Assembly: GCA_025786725.1 (NCBI GenBank)
Contig: JAHLTZ010000004.1
Location: 855,314 to 919,313 of the forward strand
Direction of reading: 5' to 3'
Source: Syncephalis fuscata S228
Taxonomy: Eukaryota; Fungi; Zoopagomycota
Length of the DNA: 64,000 nt
In this document: positions 25,570 to 39,685 of the stretch, piece by piece
How positions within the stretch are numbered: the first letter of the stretch is position 1
How the letters are laid out: every line of letters starts with the position of its first letter
Translations under genes and position numbers: made by a program
Notes under the pieces: generated by a model
The model's input: only the letters and a program-made list of their open reading frames with translations
What the model was told of the DNA's origin: nothing
Databases searched by the model: none

Positions 25570-26770
25570 TTAACAGGAACAGCCGCCACCAGTATTCGTG
25601 CCACCTGGTCCATTTGTAAGTAATCGATTGGAACCTTGCGGCTTCTGCCATAGCTCAGGCGTGTCGATAATCTAATATATAAAAATAAAGGTGTGTATTA
25701 GCGTGTGTTTTGGTGTTTGCAAGTACAAGCCTTGTATTAATTAAATAGCCATAATTGTGATAGCGATAGCCATAGCTGTAATAGCTATAGCGCTAGTCGT
25801 ATCCACATAGGCGTGTTGTCTTACCTGCTCTACCAATTGTTCCATAGCCGTACTAATATTCATTCGTGTTTTTGCACTACATTCCACAAATAATGTCCCA
25901 AGTCGCTCTGCCAGCTGTTGGCCTTCTTCTCGTGATACCACGCGAGCTGCTTCCTACAATAATTGTTATTATACAGAATTCTATGTTTATTTATTTATAT
26001 ATATACTACACCTACCTTATCTACTTTATTGCCAACAATCATTTTAACAATATTGCCATTGCTAGCATAAACATTTAATTCTTGAAGCCAATTGCCCAAC
26101 TCTTCAAAAGTATCTCGATTTGTAACATCGTATACTATGAATTATATTAGCAACACTATAGCACTATATCCACATATTCACAGCTATTATTGCTGTTGTA
26201 GTCGTTGTTACTATTGTTGCTATGGCAATCATAGCTGCAGTAATTACGGTAATTACAGTCAAAACAGCAATAACATAGCAATAACATAGCAATAACATAG
26301 CAATAGTATAACAATAAATGTTTATTTACTTACCAAGAATAACACCTTGAGCTCCACGGTAATACGAAGATGTTAGTGTTCGAAACCGTTCTTGACCTGC
26401 CGTATCCTGAAATATAACACCGTTGTTTAGTCTTCTGTTGTACGTTTATATAGCAAGAAATAACTTACCCAGATTGTCAACTTGTATCGCTTATCTTCGT
26501 AGTCAACCACTTTGACTTTGAAGTCAACACCTAGGTGCATTTATATTTGGTTAGTCATTCTATAGAATTGCAATACTTTTGTCATCACGCAGTGCAAATG
26601 ACATAGTATCGCCTGTAGTTCTTATAGCACAGCTTACCAATAGTAGCGCTTACTTCCTCGGGCGGTAGAAATGCGTCGTCGGTAAAACGAAGCAGAATCG
26701 ACGACTTGCCTACATTGGTATTACCAATAAGCAACAGTTTAAAAGTGGCAGTTATATCAAAATCGGACAT
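25570..26770 (-). CDS. RAB18: Rab18 small GTPase, about 6 exons
   Basis: [73 protein letters not shown], and a C-terminal GGGCSC* prenylation motif. Confidence 0.9.
26266..26305. repeat. 11-bp tandem repeat (AGCAATAACAT)x3.5 inside a RAB18 intron
   Basis: Direct reading. Confidence 0.8.
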
Positions 26771-28142
26771 ATTGGTTACCAACAATAAGGCGAATGTAGA
26801 ATAAAATGGCTCAAACAACAGTACCAAAGATGGCTGTATTTACGTGCTACTAAAGAAAGTAGGGAGGAGAGCTGCAAAGTAGAACAAAAAGGGGAAATGG
26901 TGAAAAGGAGAGGGGGGATATACTGGGCGGTGATGACACTATTGTTACGAATGAGATCTTCTTTATTGGAATTTATGATACTTGAGTAGTACAGTTCTAC
27001 AATGCTTGAGGGAGTAGCATTTGTGACTTATCTAGAGGAGATGGATTAGCAGGAGGGTGCATAGATACGATTAGATAACAAAAGCATAATTAATCGAACA
27101 CGTAATTGATATTAGATGAATATTGATACTAGAATATTGTTATATGTTTAATATGATTAGCACAGTTTTGTTGTTGTAGATTTGTATAACACTAAACGTC
27201 GATAGCACTTTAGCAATGCAACTATTATGCCATTGATCAATAGTCGACAATGCAAGATGTTGAGCCATTGATTCCGAGAATCATATAGCTTGCATTGCTA
27301 GTGACGTAATTAACGTGTGACTACATCACCTGAACACCGTGTGACGCTAGAATTCCGTTTCAAAAGTCTAGAATCAAGTAAAAGTAGATGAGTGCTTCAA
27401 CACTGTTTAGTCTTAGTAGCAAAATTGTGCGAATCAGTTGGACAACTAGTTTTATCCGATTTCAATCGATTGTGCCAAGTGTACATGTTAGTTGGCGGAG
27501 TTTATTCACTTTTATCGTAATAATTATTTATTGACAAGTCAACATACGTTCATTGTGACGTATATAACTATAATCAATATTAATAATGCAAAATAATAAA
27601 TAAATAAAATGTTAGTAAAAATGTTAATAAATTAGGATAAATAATTTAGGTGATTGCTTGTATAGTCATTTTATTTTATATAGATAAATAGATAGATAGA
27701 TAGATGGACAAATACTATAGCTTACCTATTCGTTATTGCTTAATTAGCCGATACAAACTATTATATCGGCCAATAAATAGATATAATTAGTTAATTTATT
27801 ACCAATAGTGCTTAATAATCAATTGCTGTTACTGATTTATAACTTTAATATAAGTATTATATGCCAAGCCACTGGGTAATATTAAATATTTATTGTCCAT
27901 TAAATAACAATACTGTCCTATCGACATTTGGTAATAGTATACGATATCTAAAAGACTGAATAGCCGAATATATTAATGACAGTTTAAACAAGTGTAGATT
28001 GTTGCATAGTCAAATCAGCGTGAGCTATTGCTCTAAGTAGTTGATACTACATTAGTGTAGCACTATCGTGCTAGCTAAGACAATATAGATATCAAACTGG
28101 TTATTGGTAAAGTAATCATCTGATAATGTGCTGCTATAACAT

Positions 28143-28187
<45 letters not shown>

Positions 28188-29021
28188 ATGATTAATGACG
28201 ACATCCTACGTTTGCTGTAATAGGTTCCACACAACCCGACCATAGGCAAACACTTTTCATTAATATTGGTCACAACTGAATTCCAATGACTAGTACTTGG
28301 GCAATGTCCTACATGCCATACCAATTCTCTACTGATGGATCATTTATGACGACATGAAACATTACTTGAAATCGTTTATGAAACACGTGATTAGCAATCC
28401 ATTAAAATATTCTTTATATACATATATTACTATTATTGAAAGTATAAAGTCAATGTCTATAGTCTATTTGTTGAATGAATAGATGTATTAAAGTATATTA
28501 AAATAAAAACGACACTAAATCGTCCATCCTTATCACTGAAGCTGAGTATGATTTTTATCGAATCAAAATTGCCCAAATAATACTCTTTCTTTTTTTTCTT
28601 TTTTTTCTTCTCTGAGAATTACTATTTATATGCCTGTTACCATTCTCCCCTCTGCCGCTTTTTTTCTTCTCGCTTCCTTCGCGCGACTTTCCACACCAAC
28701 ACACACACACACACACAACGTATCTCTTTTTACGTCACACACTATAGCACGTCTACACACGTGTTAAGTTTGTATCAAGTGTGCTGTTATTGTTATTAGG
28801 CTAGGTTGGAGCTGTTGTTAAAGTTGTTGTTGTTGTTGTCTATCGCTACTGTTGTCACAGTGTGTAGACCCTTACACTTTAACCATACTCTCTCTACATA
28901 TACACGTGGTTGTGTGTATGTATTGGCTATCCGCTTAACGTCTTTTTACTATATTGAGTATATATTTGCCTGGCTTTTATTGCTGACAATTCCTGGGCTA
29001 TCCTTGACTTTACAATACAAG

Positions 29022-29157
29022 GTAAGACGAACTGGGCCATATAAACGCTAGCCGTAGCGCGTTACAGATACGCGCGTGACGTAGCAGCATGGGCCTATAT
29101 TCAAACAAAACAATAATGACTCATACACTGACTAACTAAACGATAATACCAATATAG
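29022..29157 (+). promoter_or_regulatory. Putative 5'-UTR intron of URA2 containing an ATGACTCAT (Gcn4/CpcA-type) site
   Basis: Donor AAG|GTAAGA at 29022, branch ACTAAC at 29131, acceptor TATAG at 29157, all upstream of the ATG at 29227. ATGACTCAT at 29116-29124. Confidence 0.55.
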
Positions 29158-29226
29158 ACTATATATATATATATAACGCAACCAAGTCTTACTTGTTTAT
29201 TCTATTTGATAAGTAAAAAAGCAAAT

Positions 29227-32200
29227 ATGTCTCCATCGGTCGATCTAGTGCGCAGCGAACAGCGTCCGACGCTATTGCCTAGTCCACCTGTGTCATTCCG
29301 AGCTGAACCAAGTGAAAATGAGATTAGCCAGCTGTTGGCCACACTGCTGCTTCAAGATGGTACCAGCTATCAAGGCTACTCATTTGGTGCAGAAGGCAAA
29401 TCGATAGCCGGTGAATTGGTATTTCAAACTGGTAAGTAATTATTGTATTCGATGTAATATTTATTCTAATAATTATTTTAATATTATGCACAATTAGGCA
29501 TGGTCGGTTATCCTGAATCATTAACTGATCCATCTTACCGATCACAAATTCTTATTCTCACCTTCCCACTTATTGGCAACTATGGCGTTCCTTCTGTGGA
29601 GGAAATGGATGAGTTACTTAATCTGCCACGCCATCTTGAATCGGCCGGTATTCATGTGGCTGCACTTGTCGTTGGCCACTATGATGATGCCGATAAAGAC
29701 ACTCACTTTTCGCACTTCCTCGCTCAATCTTCCTTGGGTGACTGGCTTAAACGTGAAGGCGTGCCAGCTATTTACGGTGTTGATACACGCGCACTTACCA
29801 AGAAAATCCGTGAACATGGTGTTATGTTGGGCAAGCTACTGTTTCCCAATCCAGATGCTGCTTCCAAAGCTATTGATGCCAATTGGATTAACAATTACTT
29901 GGATATTGAATGGTCCGATCCAAATGCTCGCAATCTTGTGGCAGAGGGCAAGTATTCAAATGATTGTTGTTTTATTAATAGCTGAACTAATTTTATTTGA
30001 TATATATAGTATCTAGCAAGGAAACACGCTTATTTAAACCATCGGCTGAAAAGGCCAAACGTTTAAACAAAAATGGCCGTGTACCACGTATTCTTGCCGT
30101 TGATGTCGGTATGAAATACAATCAAATTCGATGCTTTGTTGAACGCGGTGTCGAGTTAAAGGTGGTACCATGGAACTACGACTTTTCTGCCGATACCGAC
30201 TACGATGGATTGTTTATTAGTAACGGCCCTGGTGATCCAGCTATTATGGCCCTTACCATCTCTCATATTGTCGCTGTTATGAAACAACAGCGTACGCCCA
30301 TCTTTGGTATTTGTTTGGGTCATCAATTGCTTGGTACGGCCGCTGGTGCAACAACACGCAAGATGAAGTATGGTAATCGTGGTCATAACATTCCATGTAC
30401 TGATATGATCAGCGGTCGTTGCTACATCACTACGCAAAATCACGGCTATGCTATTGACGCCAGCACACTGCCTACCAACTATCAAGAATTGTTTGTTAAT
30501 GCCAACGATGGCTCCAACGAAGGTATATACCACGCTGATCTGCCATACTTTTCAGTTCAATTCCATCCTGAAGCCAAGGCAGGACCTCGTGATACAGAGT
30601 ATCTATTTGATGTGTTTATCCAAAGTGTTATGGATTGTGCCGAGGCCGGTCAATTAGTACCCGTACGCGCTTTCCAAGAAGCTAAATTGGTCCGTGAAGA
30701 GCAGATAGCTGCCGGACCTGAACGTATTCATGTACGTAAAGTACTTGTACTTGGCAGTGGCGGTCTTAGTATTGGACAAGCTGGCGAATTTGACTATTCA
30801 GGCAGTCAAGCCATTAAAGCACTTCGTGAAGAAGGTATCTACACAGTGCTTATTAATCCAAATATTGCCACTATTCAAACATCTACTGGTTTGGCCGATA
30901 AAGTCTACTTCCTACCTGTAACACCTGAATTCGTGCGCAAGGTTATTCATCAAGAGAAGCCAGATGGTATTTACGTAACCTTTGGTGGCCAAACAGCACT
31001 TAGCGTTGGCATTGCTATGAAGGACGAATTTGAAGAGCTGGGCGTACGCGTTTTAGGCACCAAGATTGAAACAGTTATTACTACAGAAGATCGTGAATTA
31101 TTTGCTCAGAAGATGGCTGAAATCAATGCACCATGTGCTCTATCAACTGCTGCAACCAACGTCGACGAATGTATTGCCGCCAGTCGCACCATTGGCTTTC
31201 CGCTTATTATTCGTGCTGCCTATGCTTTGGGCGGTCTTGGTTCAGGCTTTGCATCCAACGAACAAGAATTGGTTGAACTATGCCAAAAAGCATTTGCCAT
31301 TAGTCCACAAGTACTCGTTGAACGCAGTATGAAAGGCTGGAAAGAGATCGAGTACGAAGTAGTACGAGATGCCCGTGGCAATTGTATTACTGTATGTAAT
31401 ATGGAAAACTTTGATCCACTTGGTATTCATACTGGCGATTCGATTGTCGTAGCACCATCACAAACACTTAGTGATGATGACTATCAAATGCTACGTACCA
31501 CGGCCGTTCGAGTCATTAATCACTTAGGCATTATTGGTGAATGTAATATTCAATATGCATTGAATCCAAATTCAACTGAATTCTGTATTATTGAAGTGAA
31601 TGCACGTTTATCACGTAGTTCAGCACTCGCTTCAAAGGCTACCGGCTATCCATTGGCATTTGTAGCCGCCAAACTTGGCTTGGGTATTCCATTGAATGAA
31701 ATCCGCAATAGTGTCACTAAAGTGACTACGGCTTGTTTTGAGCCATCGCTCGACTATGTCGTTGTTAAAATTCCTCGATGGGATTTAAAGAAGTTCTCCA
31801 GAGTTAGCAAGAATCTGAGTTCATCGATGAAGAGTGTTGGTGAAGTGATGGCCATTGGTCGTACGTTTGAAGAAACGATTCAAAAGGCCATTCGAGCTGT
31901 TGATTTTGGCTTTACTGGCTTTGCTCAAAATGACATCGTTGAAGGCGATGAAATTGATTTGGAATTGAAGAATCCATCAGATCAACGACTATTTGCCATT
32001 GCCAATGCTTTCCATCGTGGTGATTCGGTAGATCGTATTTGGGAAATGACTCGTATTGACAAATGGTTCCTTTACAAGTTGCAGAATATTTATCGTTTAG
32101 AAAAACGATTAAGGTAAATATCAATATATGTAATAATAATTAACTAATTTATTAATCTTTATTTATTCACCAATGTAGTACATTTACAACAGCTTCATTG

Positions 32201-35200
32201 CCTTGTGGACTAATGCGTGCTGCAAAACAAATGGGCTTTTCAGATCGCCACATTGCTCTATGTAATGCCACCAATGAAATAGCCGTCCGTCAAGCACGTA
32301 TCGAGCAAGGAATAACACCATTTGTTAAACAAATCGATACAGTGGCCGCTGAATTCCCTGCATTCACCAACTACCTATACGTAACGTATAATGCCGTTGA
32401 ACACGATGTTGACTTCCAAGATAACGGTGTTATGGTATTGGGCTCTGGTGTATATCGTATTGGTAGTTCGGTCGAATTCGATTGGTGTGCTGTACGGGCC
32501 ATTCGTACTTTACGTGAAAATGGTCACAAAACAGTAATGATCAATTACAATCCAGAAACAGTTAGTACGGATTACGATGAGGCTGATCGGCTTTACTTTG
32601 AAAATATTACACTTGAACGTGTGCTGGATATCTATCAGGTTGAACAAGCCGCCGGTGTTATTGGTGCCATGGGTGGTCAAACGCCAAATAACATTGCTAT
32701 GCCACTTCATCGACAAAAGGTCAAGATATTTGGCACCATGCCAGATATGATTGATACAGCTGAGAATCGCTACAAGTTCTCTCGTATGCTTGATAAGATC
32801 GGTGTTGATCAGCCGCAATGGCGTGAATTGACAAACTTTAACGAAGCCGAACAGTTCTGTAATAATGTTGGCTATCCAGTACTTGTACGTCCATCCTACG
32901 TACTTAGCGGTGCTGCCATGAATGTTGTCTACTCTGCTGCTGATCTGGCCAATTACCTTAGCCAAGCCGCAGCTGTCTCCCGTGAACATCCAGTGGTTAT
33001 TACCAAGTTTATTGAAGAAGCAAAAGAGATTGAAATGGATGCTGTGGCCAAGGACGGTAAAATGGTCATGCATGTTATTAGTGAACATGTAGAGAATGCC
33101 GGTGTCCACTCTGGTGATGCCACGCTTATTCTACCACCACAAGACTTGGATCCAGAAACAGTGCGCAAAATCCGTCTAGCCACCGAAAAGATCGGCAATG
33201 CGCTTAATGTTACCGGTCCATTTAACATTCAATTCATGGCCAAAGATAACGAGATTAAGGTGATTGAGTGTAATGTACGTGCTTCACGTTCATTCCCGTT
33301 TGTATCCAAGGTACTTGGTGTGGATCTAATTGAAATGGCCACCAAAGCTATGCTGGATATTCCGTTTGAAGCTTATCCACGCGTTGAACTACCCAAACAC
33401 TATGTGGGTATTAAAGTGCCGCAATTCAGCTTTGGCCGACTATCCGGTGCTGATCCAGTACTAGGCGTTGAAATGGCCAGTACTGGTGAAGTAGCAAGCT
33501 TTGGTAAAACAAAGTATGATGCCTATTTAAAGGCACTGCTTTCATCTGGATTCACTCTACCAAAACGTAACATTTTACTGTCAATTGGCTCTTACAAAGA
33601 AAAGGTTGAAATGTTACCATCTGTTGAGCGACTTCACCAACAAGGCTATCAACTATTTGCTACAGCTGGTACTGCTGACTTTTTAGAAGAACATGGCGTA
33701 CCAGTACGTACATTGGAAGCGCTTGATAACTCGGCCGATACCGCTGATCAACGACAAGAATACAGCTTGCAACAACATTTAGCGAATAACCTTATTGATT
33801 TGTATATCAATTTGCCATCAAAGAATCGTTATCGCCGTCCTGCCAGCTACATGTCGCGCGGTTATCGTACACGCCGTATGGCCGTTGACTTTTCCGTTCC
33901 TCTAATTACAAATGTTAAATGTGCTAAACTATTCGTTGAAGCATTAACGCGACATGTATCGCTCGATATAACAAGTGTTGATTACAAGTCTGGCCACCGT
34001 ACCCTTACACTACCGGGTCTAATCAACATTCAAGCCTATGTCGATCAGCTGGCTAATAACACAGAGCCTGGTACATCGATTGATCAAGTAACTCGTGCCT
34101 CATTGGCTGGTGGATTCACTGCCGTCTGTGCCATGCCTGCCCCTAATGGTATATGTGATGCCAACTCATTAAATACTGCCTATGATTACTGGCACGAGAA
34201 TGCTCGATGTGATTATTCACTCGCCGTTATTGCTGCTGATCGTGAGCATATTGAAGCAGTGAGTGAAGTGAAGGGTGACGCAGCTGCCTTGCTTCTATCC
34301 TTTGACACGACACTACCTGCTCATATCACTAGTCTTGGACAAGCTGATAGCTGTTTACGTGAATGGCCTAGTTGGTCAGCAGTGATTACTGATGCATCAG
34401 GCACTAATCTAGTGGTACTATGTTACTGGCTAATCTACATGGTCGACCATTGCACGTTACCGGTGTATATCGTCAAGAAGATATACAAATGATTGCTTTA
34501 AGCAAACAACGTGGCATGCCAATTACTTGTGATGTTAATGTCTATAATCTATTCTTCACAGCTGAATCACTGGTTTCAACTACAGAGCCACAACATCAAC
34601 ATTTAGGCACTGCCTCGGATGTAGCTGCTTTGTGGAAACATTTAGAAGTGATCGATTGTTTCTCAGTCGGTCATTTACCTAATGATACGGCTATGAATGT
34701 TGATGGTGTAAATGATACCATTACAGATGATGTACCACGAACTGGATCGGCATCTGCTGCCATTTATACAATGCCTCTATTGTTGACGGCAGTTAAAGAT
34801 GGCCGATTAACCATTGAAGATATTATTACACGTCTACACCGTAATCCAAAACGTATCTTTGGTTTCCCTGAACAGCCAGACTGTTTTGTGGAACTTGAAG
34901 TAGATCGTGTCGGTGTACCGACTACACTGGGTACTCATTCATTGCAAGGTTATGTGCATCGTGTAGTAATGCATGGACGTACAGTATTCCTAGATGGCCG
35001 CTACTTTATTGACGGTCGACATGGCAAGAATATTACCGCCAAGGTACGCGGTAATCTACATCAATCATCGATCAAGACAAAGGAGCAAACAGCGATAACG
35101 GAGATTATTCCTGGCGACAAGGAAACGAATAGACCACACAAATTATCGGTGACTATTCCAGCCGCTGTGGCCACTGCAGCTACTGCGGCCACTTTAGCCA

Positions 35201-36382
35201 CTACTGCAACAGCCACTAATGTGACATCGATTGGCAATACACTAACGAGTGCTACTGCTCCATTGGCTAGTAAGACAGGACAGGAATTAGTATCGCATGA
35301 TGAACTACTATCACCGCGTCCAGATATGCCATTAAATAAGCTGATGGCCGGCCTACCAACCACCATTACTAAGGCAGTGTCCCATTCACCATTCTATCGC
35401 AAGCATATCACGTCAATTAAACAATTTACACGTGAAGAATTGCATCAGCTGTTTGGTCTAGCGCAAGAAATGGGTACACTCGTTGAAAAGGGTACACCAC
35501 TCGATCTATTAAGAGGTCGCGTATTGTGCAATCTATTCTACGAACCATCTACACGCACTTCATGTTCATTTGAGGCAGCTATGCTTCGATTAGGCGGTAC
35601 AGTTACTTCGGTGAATGCCACTACATCATCAGTTAAAAAGGGAGAGACGTTACCCGATACAGGTAATAGATTATGAATTACATATATATATATATATATG
35701 AATAATACTAACACTTGTTATATTTATTAATATAGTACGCACACTTGTCAATATGGTGATGCTATTGTGCTACGACACCCGGAACCGGGCAGTGCTAGTG
35801 TAGCCTCTAAGTTTCTAATGTACCGTCATTAATGCCGGTGACGGTATTGGCGAACACCCGACTCAAGCATTCCTTGACGTTTATACCATTCGTGAAGAAT
35901 TGGGTACAGTAAATGGCTTAACCATTACTATTGTCGGTGATTTGAAGAATGGTCGTACAGTTCATTCATTAGTACGTGTACTGTCAATGTATCACGTTAA
36001 ATTGAACTACGTGGCACCTGAATCACTACGTATGCCTCGTGAAGTATGGGAGGATGTTAGAAAGTCGGGCATTGAACAAATGGAATACACACAACTATCC
36101 GAAGTCATTGCCGATACGGATGTACTTTACGTCACTCGAGTACAACAAGAACGATTTGCCGATGAGGCTGAATATGAACGTGTTAAAGATGCGTATCGTG
36201 TCGACAATGCGCTACTTAATCATGCCAAATCACATATGATTGTGATGCATCCATTGCCACGGGTCAGTGAAATTGCTCCTGAAGTTGATTTCGATCAACG
36301 GGCGGCTTATTTCCGTCAAATGCGCTACGGTCTCTATGTACGTATGGCCTTATTGGCCCTCGTATTGGGTAAATCCAATTAG
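29227..36382 (+). CDS. URA2: Multifunctional pyrimidine protein (GATase-CPSase-pseudo-DHOase-ATCase), 4 coding introns, several apparent indels
   Basis: [87 protein letters not shown]. Frame breaks near 34410 and 35745-35825. Confidence 0.97.
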
Positions 36383-36390
36383 TCATATTC

Positions 36391-36441
36391 AATACTATTG
36401 TCTATTATATTCATATATATATATAGATAGACAATAGTGTT
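36391..36441. other. Inverted repeat / hairpin immediately after the URA2 stop
   Basis: AATACTATTGTCTAT pairs with ATAGACAATAGTGTT (15 bp, one G-U) around a TA-rich loop. Confidence 0.7.
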
Positions 36442-36610
36442 AAAAAATAATAAAATGAGTAAACTACGTAATGGTTATTAATAATGGTTGTTGTATAAAT
36501 GAATAGTATATGTAATTAGCTATTTAATCAATAAATTGAAAACATTTAGCAATAATATATTAACAGCTGGTTAATAAAATAACTTTATAATAATAAATGA
36601 ATTACATTCG

Positions 36611-38055
36611 TTATAACGATGTTAATAAACAACCTATCCACCTTCCTGTGCTATCCACGACTAATTGATCGATAGACTGCCGATGGCTATCATCTTCATC
36701 TTCACCTTTACATATACTTGTTTCATCGACTAGATCAGTATCGCGTATTAATCCAGGTGATATTAATATTGAACAAGATGTATCATATAAATGGGCAAAT
36801 GTTAAAGAAGACAGCGTTTTTCTTCTTAAACTATCTATCGTATTTGAATTTATCCATTCAAGAAATGATACAATAGATACAAGTGCTATGGGTAGTGCAC
36901 CATTAAATACATTATTGTATATCTCATCGTCTATATCAGAACAGTTGGATGATATACTTGATAATGGCTCAGAAATTTGGCTATCATCGTCGCTACTAAG
37001 AGATGCTGAATTACTTGAACGTCCATCTTTATCCATTCCACGTGAATTAAGTGATAGTGACGATAGAGTTAATTTGGTATTAATGATAGAATGGTCTTTT
37101 GAATGATGATACTATGTGTGCTATCAGTGGTGGCAGGTACAATGGCTATAATAGACGGTGGATCCGTACCGGATATCGTTGAAACTTCATTAAGCATGGC
37201 AATTGTATCGAGTACTTCATCTAATGGCGTGTCTATAGTATTAAGAAGAAAATTCCTTCGTGGTATCATCATACTACGTGCGCAGCGTAGACTTTTAGGT
37301 ATAGCCATTGAAGTCGGTTTATTTGACGGTATACAATGACTGGTAGGTGATAGGAATTCATTGGCTGTTGGTAGAACAGGCTGAGGGGCATTAAGGATTT
37401 GTCCCAGATTGCCACCTGGATGATTAGCGGCAAAGTCATTTGCCGTAATATTTTGCATTCGGGCCAGTGTCATGGCTATACAGTCACCCAAAGCAAGGGC
37501 CAGTGTTGTACTGGCAGTTGGTGCAGGCAATGTCTTGTCGGATTCGGCATCGACGCGTGCATCAATCCATGCATCTGATAACTGGCTTAATGGCGAATGA
37601 GCATCGCCACATACGGCCACTACTCGACATGGTCGCTGTTGCTGGCGTAATACGGCAACAAGTCGTATTAATTCTTCGGTCCGGCCACTGTGGCTAAATA
37701 CTAAAAGTGTATCTCCTGGTGAAATGACACCCAAATCACCGTGAAGAGCCTCGGTGGGATGTAGGAAAACGGCCAATGATCCGGTGCTTTGTAGTGTAGC
37801 GCACACTTTACGGGCAATATGTCCACTTTTACCGACACCCGTAACAACAATTTTAGCAGGTCGGCGATAAGCTAGAGTGCGTTCCGTAGCTATACCTGTT
37901 GGTAATGACGTAGTTGCACCGCCCTGTAGTGTGTCGTGAAGAATAGTTACGGCATTGGTATAAGCTTCGGGCCGAGCTGCTAGCCGTTCTGCACAGCGTG
38001 TAAGCGCGTCAGCTTGCTGAAGCAATACATAACGCGCCTGTTCTAAAACATTCAT
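36611..38055 (-). CDS. KpsF/GutQ-like SIS-domain sugar-phosphate isomerase with a degenerate CBS-like C-terminus (frameshift near 37110)
   Basis: KIVVTGVGKSGHIARK, FLHPTEALHGDLG, SHSGRTEE, APTASTT, NHPGGNLG. The downstream frame ends in CBS-like LVVDSTGRWIGCL. No introns seen. Confidence 0.88.
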
Positions 38056-39685
38056 TGTGAATTAGACTACTAAATGTTTTAAAGATTGAATTAAACTATT
38101 GGGTGAGCTGTGATTTAAACGAGAGGCGAGAAAATAGTAGCTAAAAAGATGAAAAAACGCCGCGTCTTTATCAATACTGTCTTTTATAGTTCCGCTTTTG
38201 AGAGATTAAATATGCAATATTAGTAATCATATAATAGAATCAGGTATTTATTGCATTTAATAAAATATAATAGCTAATACCAGTTTCAAAAAAGTATTTA
38301 ATAGTATTATCGGCCCGACAACTTATTTTTACGGCTGTTAATATGTAATTTACTATGACATCACTGTTGAAAAGTATAAGAATTATAAAACCATCAAATA
38401 ATAGTCCTATTTATAGACTGGTATTGTGTGTGAGTATGTTTTAAGCTACTAAAAGCGGAATTTTAAAGCAAATTTATTTATGTGCAATAGCAATAAACAT
38501 TCGGCTAATTGATAGCGATGGTGATAGCAATATTGGTGGAGTTGTGCTTTGACCCCCACATTTAGAGTTCTCAAAGCAAAAGTCAACCAGTATAAATAGT
38601 GGACATGTAATTATAGAATAGAATTTGTTATTATATAACAATAATTATTTCTATTAGCTTTATCAGGTTTATTGGTCTATTATAGCTATTATATTTATAA
38701 CAATGATTAATGTTTTAGTATTTTAATTAATTGATTGATTAAATTGTTAAAACATTGTTAAATAAAGTTACTTACTTTTATTTATTACATTAATTAACTT
38801 TAGTGCATTTATAATGATAACCACTTTTATTTACGTATCCAATAATATGTCATATCCAATAATTAGTAACATTATACTAAATCTATTAGATGGATACTAT
38901 ATGATAAATCGTGTATTGCTGTTTTTAATAGCCCTATAATGATTACAACACTACTAATACCACCATTTTTATGACTATATTATTGCAGCCTTGTTGTTAG
39001 CAATATAGAAATGGCGTGATTTGGCTGTGGGCGTAAACGTAGAAAGAGCCAAGGCATTGTATGTGTGGATACAACAGGATATCCACCAATAGAAATGAGA
39101 TCCGACATCAGCCGTACTGTTGATGATAAACCGGTTTGGCTATATTTTTTTTTATTCGTGAATAAAAATTAACGACAGTCTCAATGTCCCACGGTTATTG
39201 GCTTGACTTTGCCTTACTAAAAAAAAATAAACAAATGGCCCGGTGAAATTCTGACTCGGTGAAATATAGGAGTAAGTTTACCCATTGTTCTGTAGACCAA
39301 GTAGCAATAACTAGCAGCTAATATCGGGCAAAGTAGCCATTAATCAACATAGCAAGTATAACAATATGTAATAGTAGTCATATGAAGTGTATAATTGAAT
39401 GAATAATGTGTAAATAGAGTGTTATATTATACTAAAGGACTGCTATGCTTGAACAAAATAGTGTCGCCACTATTTGCCTGACACCAATTGCAATCTATTG
39501 ACTAATTGATTGGTCCGTCGGTTGCCACCACCGTCTTTAGTTTATTAAGGCTGATCTCCTTTCTTCTTTTCTTCTTCTTTTCTTCTTCTTCTTTACTCTA
39601 CTCCGTCTCTTCATTCGTCTTTGTGGCAGAAACTATTTGGTCGTAGTATACCTATAGCTTATCTACTTTCTATACACTGCCGGCC

